From IMG/VR virus record IMGVR_UViG_3300045974_000283, positions 96,001-160,000 of that record: a stretch of 64,000 bases of DNA; one strand, given 5' to 3'. Position numbers and translations under genes: made by a program. Below, one piece after another: positions 56,224 through 64,000 of this stretch. Origin of the DNA: a virus. Each line of letters starts with the position of its first letter. The stretch's first letter is position 1. Under the pieces are notes generated by a model. That model searched no databases and was not told the DNA's origin. It saw only the letters and a list, made by a program, of their open reading frames with translations.

Positions 56224-57789
56224 ATGGCTACAGCAACCAAACGAAAAGCATCTGGCAAGGACTTCGACGACGTCCCGACGAGTGGCTACGGGGACAAGTC
56301 CCGCAAGCCCACTGAGCAGGTCCAGATGCTCAACACGCCTGACGGCAAGTGGACTCTCTTCCGCCCGATCGGCCCCGCTTACAGCTACGCGGGTCACTGG
56401 ATCACGGTGACGAAGAAGGACGGCAAAATTTCGCAGTTCTACATGGCCTGCGCGGCATGGGATCCCGAGAGTGTCCAACGGCAAGGCGGCAACGGCGCGG
56501 AACACTGCAAGTTCTGCGCACTGGAAGCGTTCTACAAAGAGAACGACACGCCACGGGACGACCGGAAGTCGCGATTCACGGTGGACCACTACGCGAACGT
56601 CATCTCTCGTGTCGAGCAGAAGCGCAAGCCGGAAGACGCCTACATCTCCGAGGACGAGGCCGCAACGGGCTTCAAGACTCTAGACTCCGACTCCTGGACC
56701 CCGGTGCGCGTCGTGCGCATGACCGACAACGTGGTGCGGAAGGTCAAGGGCATCCGCGAGCTGAACGTTCATGAAGACCCCGAGACCGGCGACTCGCAAA
56801 CCTATCCGGCTTCCCACAAGAAGTTTGGCTGTGACATTCAGCTGAAGTACACGGCCAAGAATCCGCCTGCAACTCGGTACGAGACCAATCGCGGCAACCC
56901 CACACCGCTGAAGAAGTCCGAAGCTGCCTACCTGATCTGGGACTTGAGCGACCTGACCGACTACCCGACCACGGCCGAGATGGCTGCTGAGTTCGACTCG
57001 TGGGCTGCACGGAACCATGTCGTGATCCCCGGCCTGACCAAGAAGGTCGCAGGCAAGGGCAAGCCTGCCCCGGTCGATGACGAGGACAGCGAGGACGAAG
57101 ACGAAGTTCCGAAGGCCAAAGCCAAGCGCAAACCTGCTCCGGTGGCCGACGAGTTCGATGATGACGGTGAAGATGAGGCTCCGGCTCCCAAGGCAAAAGC
57201 CAAGAAGAAGCCTGCGGTCGTTGAAGATGACGACGAGTTCGGCAATGATGACGACGAAGACGAAGCGCCTCCTCCCAAGGCGAAAAAGCCCGCTCCAAAG
57301 CGTCAAGCTGAACCCGAAGACGACTTCGAGGACGATGATGACACTCCTCCTCCGAAAGCCAAGGCCAAACCCGCATCCAAGAAACCGGCACCCGTCGAAG
57401 ACGACGATGACGACTTCGAAGACGATACGCCTGCTCCGCCCAAGGCCAAGAAGCCCGCTGCGAAGAAACCTCCTGTCGTCGAGGACGACGATGACTTCGA
57501 GGAAGAGGACGCTCCGCCTCCGAAGGCCAAGGCGAAGCCCGGCAAGAAGCCTCCGGTGGTCGAGGATGATGACGATGACTTCGAGGATGACACGCCGACT
57601 CCACCCAAGGCCAAGAAGCCCGCTGCCGCTCCTGCCAAGAAGAAGCCTGCTCCAGTGGAAGACGACGACTTCGAGGAAGAGGACGAGCCGCCTGCCCGCA
57701 AGCCTGCGGCGAAAGCCAAGCCTGCGGCTGTCGCGGCCAAGAAGAAGCCGCGTCCTCCCGTCGACGATGACGATGAGTTCGAAGACTGA
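56224..57789 (+). CDS. single-stranded DNA-binding protein (T4 gp32-like) with very long acidic/basic repeat tail
   Basis: FRPIGP...HW...CAAW...HCKFC...YANVI...GCDIQLK; about 250-aa tail of KAKKPA / EDDDDFE blocks; located in the recombination module. Confidence 0.75.
   Translation: MATATKRKASGKDFDDVPTSGYGDKSRKPTEQVQMLNTPDGKWTLFRPIGPAYSYAGHWITVTKKDGKISQFYMACAAWDPESVQRQGGNGAEHCKFCALEAFYKENDTPRDDRKSRFTVDHYANVISRVEQKRKPEDAYISEDEAATGFKTLDSDSWTPVRVVRMTDNVVRKVKGIRELNVHEDPETGDSQTYPASHKKFGCDIQLKYTAKNPPATRYETNRGNPTPLKKSEAAYLIWDLSDLTDYPTTAEMAAEFDSWAARNHVVIPGLTKKVAGKGKPAPVDDEDSEDEDEVPKAKAKRKPAPVADEFDDDGEDEAPAPKAKAKKKPAVVEDDDEFGNDDDEDEAPPPKAKKPAPKRQAEPEDDFEDDDDTPPPKAKAKPASKKPAPVEDDDDDFEDDTPAPPKAKKPAAKKPPVVEDDDDFEEEDAPPPKAKAKPGKKPPVVEDDDDDFEDDTPTPPKAKKPAAAPAKKKPAPVEDDDFEEEDEPPARKPAAKAKPAAVAAKKKPRPPVDDDDEFED
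57050..57789 (+). repeat. coding repeats encoding PPKAKAKKP-APVEDDDDDFE units
   Basis: At least six gacgacgacttcgag-type blocks, all in frame. Confidence 0.85.
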
Positions 57790-57814
57790 CCTCACAGTCC
57801 GTTGAATCGCACTG

Positions 57815-57847
57815 AAGGGCCGACCGCTGTGTCGGCCCTTTTCGTTT
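57815..57847 (+). terminator. Rho-independent terminator
   Basis: AAGGGCCGAC-CGCTGT-GTCGGCCCTT followed by TTCGTTT. Confidence 0.85.
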
Positions 57848-57864
57848 CTACCCCGGAGTTTTAG

Positions 57865-59442
57865 ATGCCCAGACCCAAACAGAAGCTTCTGCTAGACATC
57901 AACCAAGAAGAGATGACCAAGAAACGAGCCCGCAAGGTGGCGCTTGCTGAGGTGGAAGAAGCCGACGAGGACGACGATGAAGAGGTCGAAGTCGCGGACG
58001 AGGTCGTCGACCAGACAGGCAAACGCGTTGACCGTTCCATGGAGATCATGGGTCTGCTTCGCGAGATGGAGAAGGTCGTCCACATCAACGCCGTAAGCTT
58101 CGGCGAAGAAACGCGGATGCACACGAGCCTGCTGTGCCTCGACCTGCTCATCGGTGGAGGCATCGCTCCCGGATGGTACACCTTCTCCGGCCCCGAGCAA
58201 TCGGCCAAGACGACAGCGGCCATCAGCATCTCAGCGGCATCAGCTGATCAGGACGTTGACCTGCGCGTACTTTGGGACGCTGAGAACTCTTCTGGTTCCT
58301 CCACGGACTACGTCGCTCGCATCTTCTCAACGGTGGGTTCCAAGCAATCGGTCGACAGCGTCTTCGGCGTTCGCGATGACAAGGGCGTCTACATCGTCCC
58401 ACCGAAGATCTACTACCGGGATGATCCTGAGGGTGCCAAGCTGTTCTCGTGGTTGCGTGGAGTACTCACGCGCCTACCAGACAAACGCTTCGAAAACGGC
58501 GATTGGTGGTACGTCTATGACGACGCGAAAGACATCATGAAGATGAAGGCCAAGTTGAAGGCCCTCGACTACAAGATTGATGTCAAGATGACGGCCCGCA
58601 ATCCTGGACTGTGGGTGAAAGCCCCGAGTAGTAGTCTGCAGCTCCTCATCGTGTTGGACTCTCTGCCGTCCCTACTCCCGCCGTCGCAAGAAGACGACGA
58701 AGCTGACAACTCACTGGCCGTGATGGCCCGCTTCTTCTCTAAGGAACTCCCTCGCGTCAAGGGTCTGTTCCGAGCCAAACGCTGTGCGATGGTTGCCATC
58801 AATCAGCTCCGCACCAATCCGATGCAACGCTTCGGCAACCCAGAAGGTGAGCCCGGAGGCCAAGCGCTAAAGTTCTTTTCTGACGTTCGTCTCAAGTTCT
58901 ATCCGAACGCTCTGTCGGCGGCTCCCTTTGCACCCAAGGCGGCTGAGGACGGCAAGGGCAAGTTCGAGTCCGAACCTTCGGTGTGCGGAACCGGCACGGA
59001 TACCTATCGCTACATCAGCGTCGACACGATCAAGAACAAGCTGTCCACTCCGGGTCGCACGAAGACTTGGCTGCGTCTGTGGGTCAGCGACAAGGACGGT
59101 CACGGCATGGGCTACGACCCGGTCTTCGACACCTTCTACTACCTGCACCAGACTGGTCAGGTCATGGGCAAGCGCTCTGTGATGAAGCTGAACATCCAGG
59201 GTCTGGGCGAGGCACCGAAGACGAATACGTGGGCGGAGTTCAAGCAGATGGTCATCGGCACCGCCGCTCAGAAGAAAGCTGCCTTCGCCAAGATCGGCTA
59301 CAAGGCGGTTGACTTGCGACGTGGATGTCTGGGTCAAATCCGTCGTGGTGTCGGTTCGGAACTACTGCTGGCAAACGCCAAGAAGCTCCTCGCCGCTCCC
59401 AAGGAGAAGATCGAACGCACGGCTGACAAAGACGAGGAGTGA
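57865..59442 (+). CDS. recA: RecA/UvsX-family recombinase
   Basis: LDLLIGGGI, GPEQSAKT, DAE, IVLDSL, AINQLR, GGQALKFFSDVRL, KNKL. Confidence 0.92.
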   Translation: MPRPKQKLLLDINQEEMTKKRARKVALAEVEEADEDDDEEVEVADEVVDQTGKRVDRSMEIMGLLREMEKVVHINAVSFGEETRMHTSLLCLDLLIGGGIAPGWYTFSGPEQSAKTTAAISISAASADQDVDLRVLWDAENSSGSSTDYVARIFSTVGSKQSVDSVFGVRDDKGVYIVPPKIYYRDDPEGAKLFSWLRGVLTRLPDKRFENGDWWYVYDDAKDIMKMKAKLKALDYKIDVKMTARNPGLWVKAPSSSLQLLIVLDSLPSLLPPSQEDDEADNSLAVMARFFSKELPRVKGLFRAKRCAMVAINQLRTNPMQRFGNPEGEPGGQALKFFSDVRLKFYPNALSAAPFAPKAAEDGKGKFESEPSVCGTGTDTYRYISVDTIKNKLSTPGRTKTWLRLWVSDKDGHGMGYDPVFDTFYYLHQTGQVMGKRSVMKLNIQGLGEAPKTNTWAEFKQMVIGTAAQKKAAFAKIGYKAVDLRRGCLGQIRRGVGSELLLANAKKLLAAPKEKIERTADKDEE

Positions 59443-59445
59443 CCC

Positions 59446-60501
59446 GTGGGCAAACCCCTGAAAATAGTCGGCATCGGCGATCTGCATCTTGACGGCAAGA
59501 TGGCTTCGCATGTGCCCGAATACAATCGCGTCTGCATAGACGAGGTTCGGGCTATCATCGACACCGAGTACCGCAAGGGCTTTAAGATCTTTGCCCTCCT
59601 CGGTGACGTCTTCGACACCGAGGTTCCCAGCACTAACGGTGACACGGGCGGCTATCGCCTGCTCGTGAAGCTGTTCACGGAGTTCCACTATGTTTCTTTC
59701 CTGGTTATCGGGGGCAACCACGACGTTGACAGTCAAAGCACAGAGTACTCGCATTCGCTGTCGCTACTGCAAACTCTCGTCGATACGGGATGCCTGCCCA
59801 ATGTCACTGTCGCCATACGGGATCCTCTTGAGGTCTACCAAGAGACCGGGACGCCTGTGCTCCTGCTTCCGTGGCCTCACGAAGAGGCTCGCGAAGGTTC
59901 ATGCAACCTCATGCACACGGAGTTCGCGGGCTGCACAAGGGACAACGGGCAGCCGACCAAGGTAAAAACTCCAGTGCCTGAGCACTTCTGTGTCATCGGT
60001 CATCTGCACACGGCACAGAACACCCTCGACGTTCACTGGCCCGGTACGCTGAACCAGAAGAACTTCGGTGAGGGTGTAGACAAGCGATACATGAAGGTCT
60101 GGTGGACCGGCGACAAGCGCACCACGAAGGTGGAGTACGTTCGCCACGCTCCGTCCTACATCCTGCGCAACGTGGTCATCAACTCTTTGGAGGAGTACGA
60201 GGCGTTCGTGGTGGAAGCCAAGGCCGCACCGGAGTCGACCCTCTTCAAGGTCTTCGTGAACAGCCGACAGGTCCTACTCCCGGTTAATGCGTTCGCCGGG
60301 CTACCTTCCGTGGTCAAGCACAATCACTTCCAGTCCAAAGCTGAGCTCAACGCGGGTCTCGCGGGCGACCTCCACCTTGAGGACAGCCAGAGGCAACACG
60401 TTGACCTCGTTGGTTCGTATCAGGACTGGATGCGTCGCAACGACGTAGACCCTGCGGTCGGCAGTCGTTCCCTTGAACTCCTCGAATCCTTCATCACATG
60501 A
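59446..60501 (+). CDS. sbcD: SbcD/Mre11 (gp47-like) metallophosphoesterase nuclease
   Basis: GDLH, LGDVFD, GGNHD, MH, GHLH; GTG start. Confidence 0.9.
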   Translation: MGKPLKIVGIGDLHLDGKMASHVPEYNRVCIDEVRAIIDTEYRKGFKIFALLGDVFDTEVPSTNGDTGGYRLLVKLFTEFHYVSFLVIGGNHDVDSQSTEYSHSLSLLQTLVDTGCLPNVTVAIRDPLEVYQETGTPVLLLPWPHEEAREGSCNLMHTEFAGCTRDNGQPTKVKTPVPEHFCVIGHLHTAQNTLDVHWPGTLNQKNFGEGVDKRYMKVWWTGDKRTTKVEYVRHAPSYILRNVVINSLEEYEAFVVEAKAAPESTLFKVFVNSRQVLLPVNAFAGLPSVVKHNHFQSKAELNAGLAGDLHLEDSQRQHVDLVGSYQDWMRRNDVDPAVGSRSLELLESFIT

Positions 60502-61589
60502 CACAGACCGCCCTTCACCTAAAGTACCGACCCAAGACCCTCGACCAAGTCATAGGCCACGCCAAGGCGGTCCGCGCGATGACGAGCGCCGTCGAGACCG
60601 GGAAGTGGCCCTCGGCGGTGGCCTTCTTCGGCCCTCCATCAGCAGGCAAGACGACGCTGGCCTACGCCCTCGGCTGCTCGGCCTTCGGGGCCACGACCGT
60701 CGAGAACAACTCGCACCCCGCGTTCACCGAGGTCGTTGGCACCGACAGCAAGACCATCGACGATGTCCGTGCGCTGATCGCCCTGTCGAAGACCCGACCC
60801 ATGCGAGGCAACCGTCGGTTCATCCTGATCGACGAGGCGCACGGTCTGCTCTCCAACGCTCAGGCCGCTGGAGCACTGCTCGGTGCGCTGGAACGACCCC
60901 CGGCTTCCACGACCTGGATTCTGTGCTCGATGGAACCGGACAAGTTCCGCGGCTCCACGGTGGGCAACGCCATGCTTTCCCGCCTGACGAAGTTCAACCT
61001 GAGCAAGCCGACAGAAGCCGACCTGATGGCTCAGGCGATGCGTATCGCCAAGGGCGAGAAGATGGCGAAGTTCTTGGACAAGGCGGTCCTTGCTCAGGTG
61101 GTCCAGGCCAGCGAGGGCATGATGCGCGAGGTTGCGAACCTGCTGCAATGCCTGCAACTGGAGTCGTCCTCGCTGGAGCCCGGCACTAAGTTCACGGCGG
61201 CGGACGTATCCGGAGTCCTCAGCTCCGCAACGTCGGCCGACCAAGACGAGACCATCGCAGCGTTCCTCACAGCGGTCTACGCGGGTCAGCTCAGTACGGC
61301 GGCGACACACGCCCTGAACGTGACCGAAGGGTTCCGCTTCATCAACGCCATGCTGCAAGCGCACTGGACGGCGATGAACATCCGCTTCATGAACGGCGAG
61401 CGCCATCCGCGTCTTCAGGTGTACGGTGCGGCCAAGACCCTCACGGCTTTCCTCATGGCGACCAAGCCTGCTTCGGCCGTCATGCTGAAAATTCACCACG
61501 AGCTCTGCGAGCTGAAAGCGCGTTCGCAAGCCTTCGCGGTGCCTGAGCAGTTCCTCTTCACCGACTTCCTCTATCGGGTGGCAGCATGA
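60498..61589 (+). CDS. AAA+ clamp loader subunit (DnaX gamma/tau / RFC-like)
   Basis: KYRPKTLDQVIGH, GPPSAGKTT, IDDVR, IDEAH, LSR, GMMRE. Confidence 0.92.
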   Translation: MTQTALHLKYRPKTLDQVIGHAKAVRAMTSAVETGKWPSAVAFFGPPSAGKTTLAYALGCSAFGATTVENNSHPAFTEVVGTDSKTIDDVRALIALSKTRPMRGNRRFILIDEAHGLLSNAQAAGALLGALERPPASTTWILCSMEPDKFRGSTVGNAMLSRLTKFNLSKPTEADLMAQAMRIAKGEKMAKFLDKAVLAQVVQASEGMMREVANLLQCLQLESSSLEPGTKFTAADVSGVLSSATSADQDETIAAFLTAVYAGQLSTAATHALNVTEGFRFINAMLQAHWTAMNIRFMNGERHPRLQVYGAAKTLTAFLMATKPASAVMLKIHHELCELKARSQAFAVPEQFLFTDFLYRVAA

Positions 61590-61999
61590 TCAGCAAACCT
61601 CCAACCGTTCAAGAACTCCTCAGTCAGACAGCTGGAGTTGCGACATGCCTCGTTTGCGGAAAGAACCGCCGCCTTGACCAACCTGAGAATATGTGCGGCT
61701 GCACTATCTCGCGGCCCAAGCCAGCGGGACTCGCTCCGGGCGACATGGCCGACTTCTGGCACGAAGGCTCTCAGCGCTACTACCGGGCGAGGGTGGACCG
61801 CGAGCTGACCGAAGAGGAAGTTCACGGGCATCCCTTGGAACAAGAGCCGGACTACACGTTCACCGTGACTCACAACGTATCGTTCATCTCTGACAAGTAC
61901 GTTCCAGACCCGGCTGCTCAGTGCTCCTGCGGCGAGGCGCATCGGGGTGGAGCTATCGCATGGTTCTGCCTGAAGCACGGCAACACGAAGGTGGACTGA
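61586..61999 (+). CDS. hypothetical Cys/His-rich protein
   Basis: CLVC...CGC and CSCG...H...C..H; ATGA overlap. Confidence 0.7.
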   Translation: MISKPPTVQELLSQTAGVATCLVCGKNRRLDQPENMCGCTISRPKPAGLAPGDMADFWHEGSQRYYRARVDRELTEEEVHGHPLEQEPDYTFTVTHNVSFISDKYVPDPAAQCSCGEAHRGGAIAWFCLKHGNTKVD

Positions 62000-62000
62000 C

Positions 62001-62207
62001 ATGGCCTACGATGACAAGAACAAGACCATCATGCAACCCCAGATTCCCAATGAGCCCGCTGAACTAGCGGCTGTCCGACGCGCGAACAACCCGAGCAACG
62101 AACCTGTCGGTCACTTCACCGGGCGCTGCCGTCACTGCGGCTCCAAAGATCTCTGGGACGACAACCTTCACTACGGCTGCAACTCCTGCAAAGCCCTGCT
62201 GAGCTGA
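62001..62207 (+). CDS. small Zn-ribbon protein
   Basis: CRHCGSKDLWDDNLHYGCNSC. Confidence 0.7.
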   Translation: MAYDDKNKTIMQPQIPNEPAELAAVRRANNPSNEPVGHFTGRCRHCGSKDLWDDNLHYGCNSCKALLS

Positions 62208-62209
62208 AC

Positions 62210-64000
62210 ATGCGAACCTTCAAGCGCCTGACCCTTCGGGGCTTTCCGTTCTTCAAGGACCAGACGTTTGAGTTGAACGCCAACCCGCTCACCGTCATCA
62301 CGGGCCTCAACTTGGAGGGCGTGACCAAGCGGGCGGGAGGCCCGGCCAACACAAACTTCACGGGCAAGTCCCTGTTCTTCTCGCAACTGCGCGACCTGTT
62401 CTTCCCGTCTGGTGCCTCAGGCAAGGCCAAGGACAAGATCCGTTCCGGCGAAGTCGAGCTTCTGATAGACGTCGGCAACCTAGCCTTCGAGATCGTGCGC
62501 TACGGCAAGGGCAAGGGCGACCGCTTTCGCATCACGAAGAACGGGAAAGACGTCACGCCTACAACCTCTGCCGATCAAGCGGCCTACGTCGCGCGCATCC
62601 TCGGCATGTCGCAAGACACCTACGAGGTCACCTACTACCTCGACCATCTGAAGCCTCATGCCCTGCGCACGGGCGACACCGCTCAGCGCAAGGCGTTCTT
62701 CACCGAGTTCTTCGAACTGTACGCGGCCGACGAGGTCCGCAAGAAGATCAGTACGAAGCGCTCCGAGATACGGCGGGACTCAGCGGTCTTGGTCGAGCTA
62801 CGCGACCAACTGAAGGCGATCCCGGAGGACGACGGTGCCACGATCCAGGCTTCGCTCGACAAGTGGCAAGGCCGCGTCACCGCGATGACCAATCTGCTGG
62901 AAGCCCTCCGCGAGCGCCGGGCGCTGCACGACTTCCGCACTCAACACGCTTCGGCGCTGTCGTATCTTGAGGCGCAGCGCTGCACCTCTGTGAAGGTGGC
63001 CCGCCACAAGCTCGCTTCGATGGAAGCCTCGGCAGAAGCAGGACGCAAAGCCCTCGCCGACGTCCGTGCTCAGGCCCGCTACTCGGTAGAGTTGGACGAC
63101 TACCATCAGGCGCAAGTCGGTCGGCTGGAGTTCTTGCAGTCGCTGAATGTCGAAAGCGACGAGGACCTCGAAGCCAAGACCGAGATCATGGCCCGCCGTC
63201 TGCGGAAGGCCGAAGCAGAACACCTCGCAGCCCGCACCGAAACTCAACGTGCTGACCATGCCTACGCCAAGGTGATGCTGGAATACCGTGATGCTGTCCA
63301 GTCGATGCGTGACGCCAAGAGCAGTCTGATCGAACTGAACGAGCGCGGCCCGAACGGAACCTGCGCCACCTGCGGTCAGGAAACGACCAACGAGCACTTC
63401 GACGCCGAGGTCTCTGCGGCCAAGAAGAAAATCCGTTCAGGTCAGACCCTAGTCGCCAGCCTCGAAGAGAAGCTCAAGACTGCGATGGCGGAACAGACTG
63501 CTTCCACCGAGAAGCTCGCCATCTGGGAAGGTCGTGTAGACGCCACCACGCGCAAGCTCGAAGCCTACGAGAAGGTTCCGCCGATTCCTGTGGAGCCGAA
63601 GCGGCCCAATGGCATGAGCAAGGACGCCCCGAGTCCGGCCAAGCTGCAGAAACTTCTGGACGAGCTGACCCCTACCATCAGCGCCCTGCAAGACCTGCTC
63701 GACGAATCGGTGCGGCCCCTGCTGCTCCAGCACTTCGGCAGCACAGACGAGCCCTACTCCAACGAGGAGTGGGACCGCATCAGCGACAAACTGCGCAAGG
63801 CGCAAGTATCAGTGGGCGTCCTGGAATCCAGGCAGAGCGCTCTGTTCGAGGCGGCTACCCTGCGCGAGAGCCTGACCAAGCGCATCGCCGAGCTGGAGGA
63901 CTCGGTCAAGGACACAGAGCCTATCAACGTGCTCTACAAAGCCTTCTCGTCCAACACGGGCGTCAAGACTCTGCAGATACGTTCCACCTGCGCGATCCTC
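62210..64000 (+). CDS. sbcC: SbcC/Rad50 (gp46-like) SMC ATPase, 3' truncated by the window
   Basis: Absent from the ORF track because it has no stop. Manual translation gives MRTFKRLTLRGFPFFKD...TVITGLN...NFTGKS, long coiled coils and a zinc hook CATCG near 63360. Confidence 0.9.
   Translation, partial: MRTFKRLTLRGFPFFKDQTFELNANPLTVITGLNLEGVTKRAGGPANTNFTGKSLFFSQLRDLFFPSGASGKAKDKIRSGEVELLIDVGNLAFEIVRYGKGKGDRFRITKNGKDVTPTTSADQAAYVARILGMSQDTYEVTYYLDHLKPHALRTGDTAQRKAFFTEFFELYAADEVRKKISTKRSEIRRDSAVLVELRDQLKAIPEDDGATIQASLDKWQGRVTAMTNLLEALRERRALHDFRTQHASALSYLEAQRCTSVKVARHKLASMEASAEAGRKALADVRAQARYSVELDDYHQAQVGRLEFLQSLNVESDEDLEAKTEIMARRLRKAEAEHLAARTETQRADHAYAKVMLEYRDAVQSMRDAKSSLIELNERGPNGTCATCGQETTNEHFDAEVSAAKKKIRSGQTLVASLEEKLKTAMAEQTASTEKLAIWEGRVDATTRKLEAYEKVPPIPVEPKRPNGMSKDAPSPAKLQKLLDELTPTISALQDLLDESVRPLLLQHFGSTDEPYSNEEWDRISDKLRKAQVSVGVLESRQSALFEAATLRESLTKRIAELEDSVKDTEPINVLYKAFSSNTGVKTLQIRSTCAIL

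Noticed and set aside
5164-57795. Long - strand ORFs (e.g. 5164-6759, 18122-19573, 22753-24216, 33739-34902, 35704-37464, 50240-51520, 56680-57795)
   Set aside because: They lie exactly antisense to well-supported + strand genes, have no motifs or RBS, and are the expected shadow of GC-rich codon bias.
1-64000. tRNA, rRNA, integrase or transposase genes
   Set aside because: No cloverleaf with T-loop GTTCRA in the intergenic gaps, no rRNA-like stretch, and no tyrosine/serine recombinase or DDE motifs seen.

Overview
A 64 kb, GC-rich segment of a large (probably jumbo) lytic dsDNA bacteriophage. All credible genes are on the + strand; the long - strand ORFs are antisense shadows. Functional blocks in order: (1) 0.1-16 kb: type IIA topoisomerase B and A subunits (B carries a 200-aa endonuclease-free intein starting with Pro, with class-3 signature residues), histone H1-like and acidic/basic repeat proteins, an HNH-RHH fusion, a sigma-like protein and a RuvC-like resolvase. 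(2) 16.5-32.8 kb: probable virion/head morphogenesis block with a prohead protease-like gene and a small HNH. (3) 32.8-37.4 kb: a 1526-aa SNF2 ATPase. (4) 38.7-43 kb: TraR/DksA-like protein, Cas4-like nuclease and 5'-3' exonuclease. (5) 43-56 kb: nucleotide/DNA modification region with an aGPT-Pplase (HhH) family enzyme, a GT-A TET/JBP-associated-type glycosyltransferase, a radical SAM-SPASM enzyme, two GT-B glycosyltransferases, a sulfotransferase-fold protein, a dUMP hydroxymethylase-like thymidylate synthase homologue, an HD nucleotidase and a dimeric dUTPase. (6) 56-64 kb: replication/recombination module (gp32-like SSB, RecA/UvsX, SbcD, clamp loader, SbcC). The best candidate for an undescribed system is block 5, a possible 5-hydroxymethyluracil hypermodification pathway that may build a glycosylated and sulfated thymidine. 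A recurring + strand (T/G)GTTAAT motif upstream of many starts is a candidate phage promoter. No tRNA, rRNA or CRISPR array was seen. All family assignments come from motif recognition by eye; no database searches were run.
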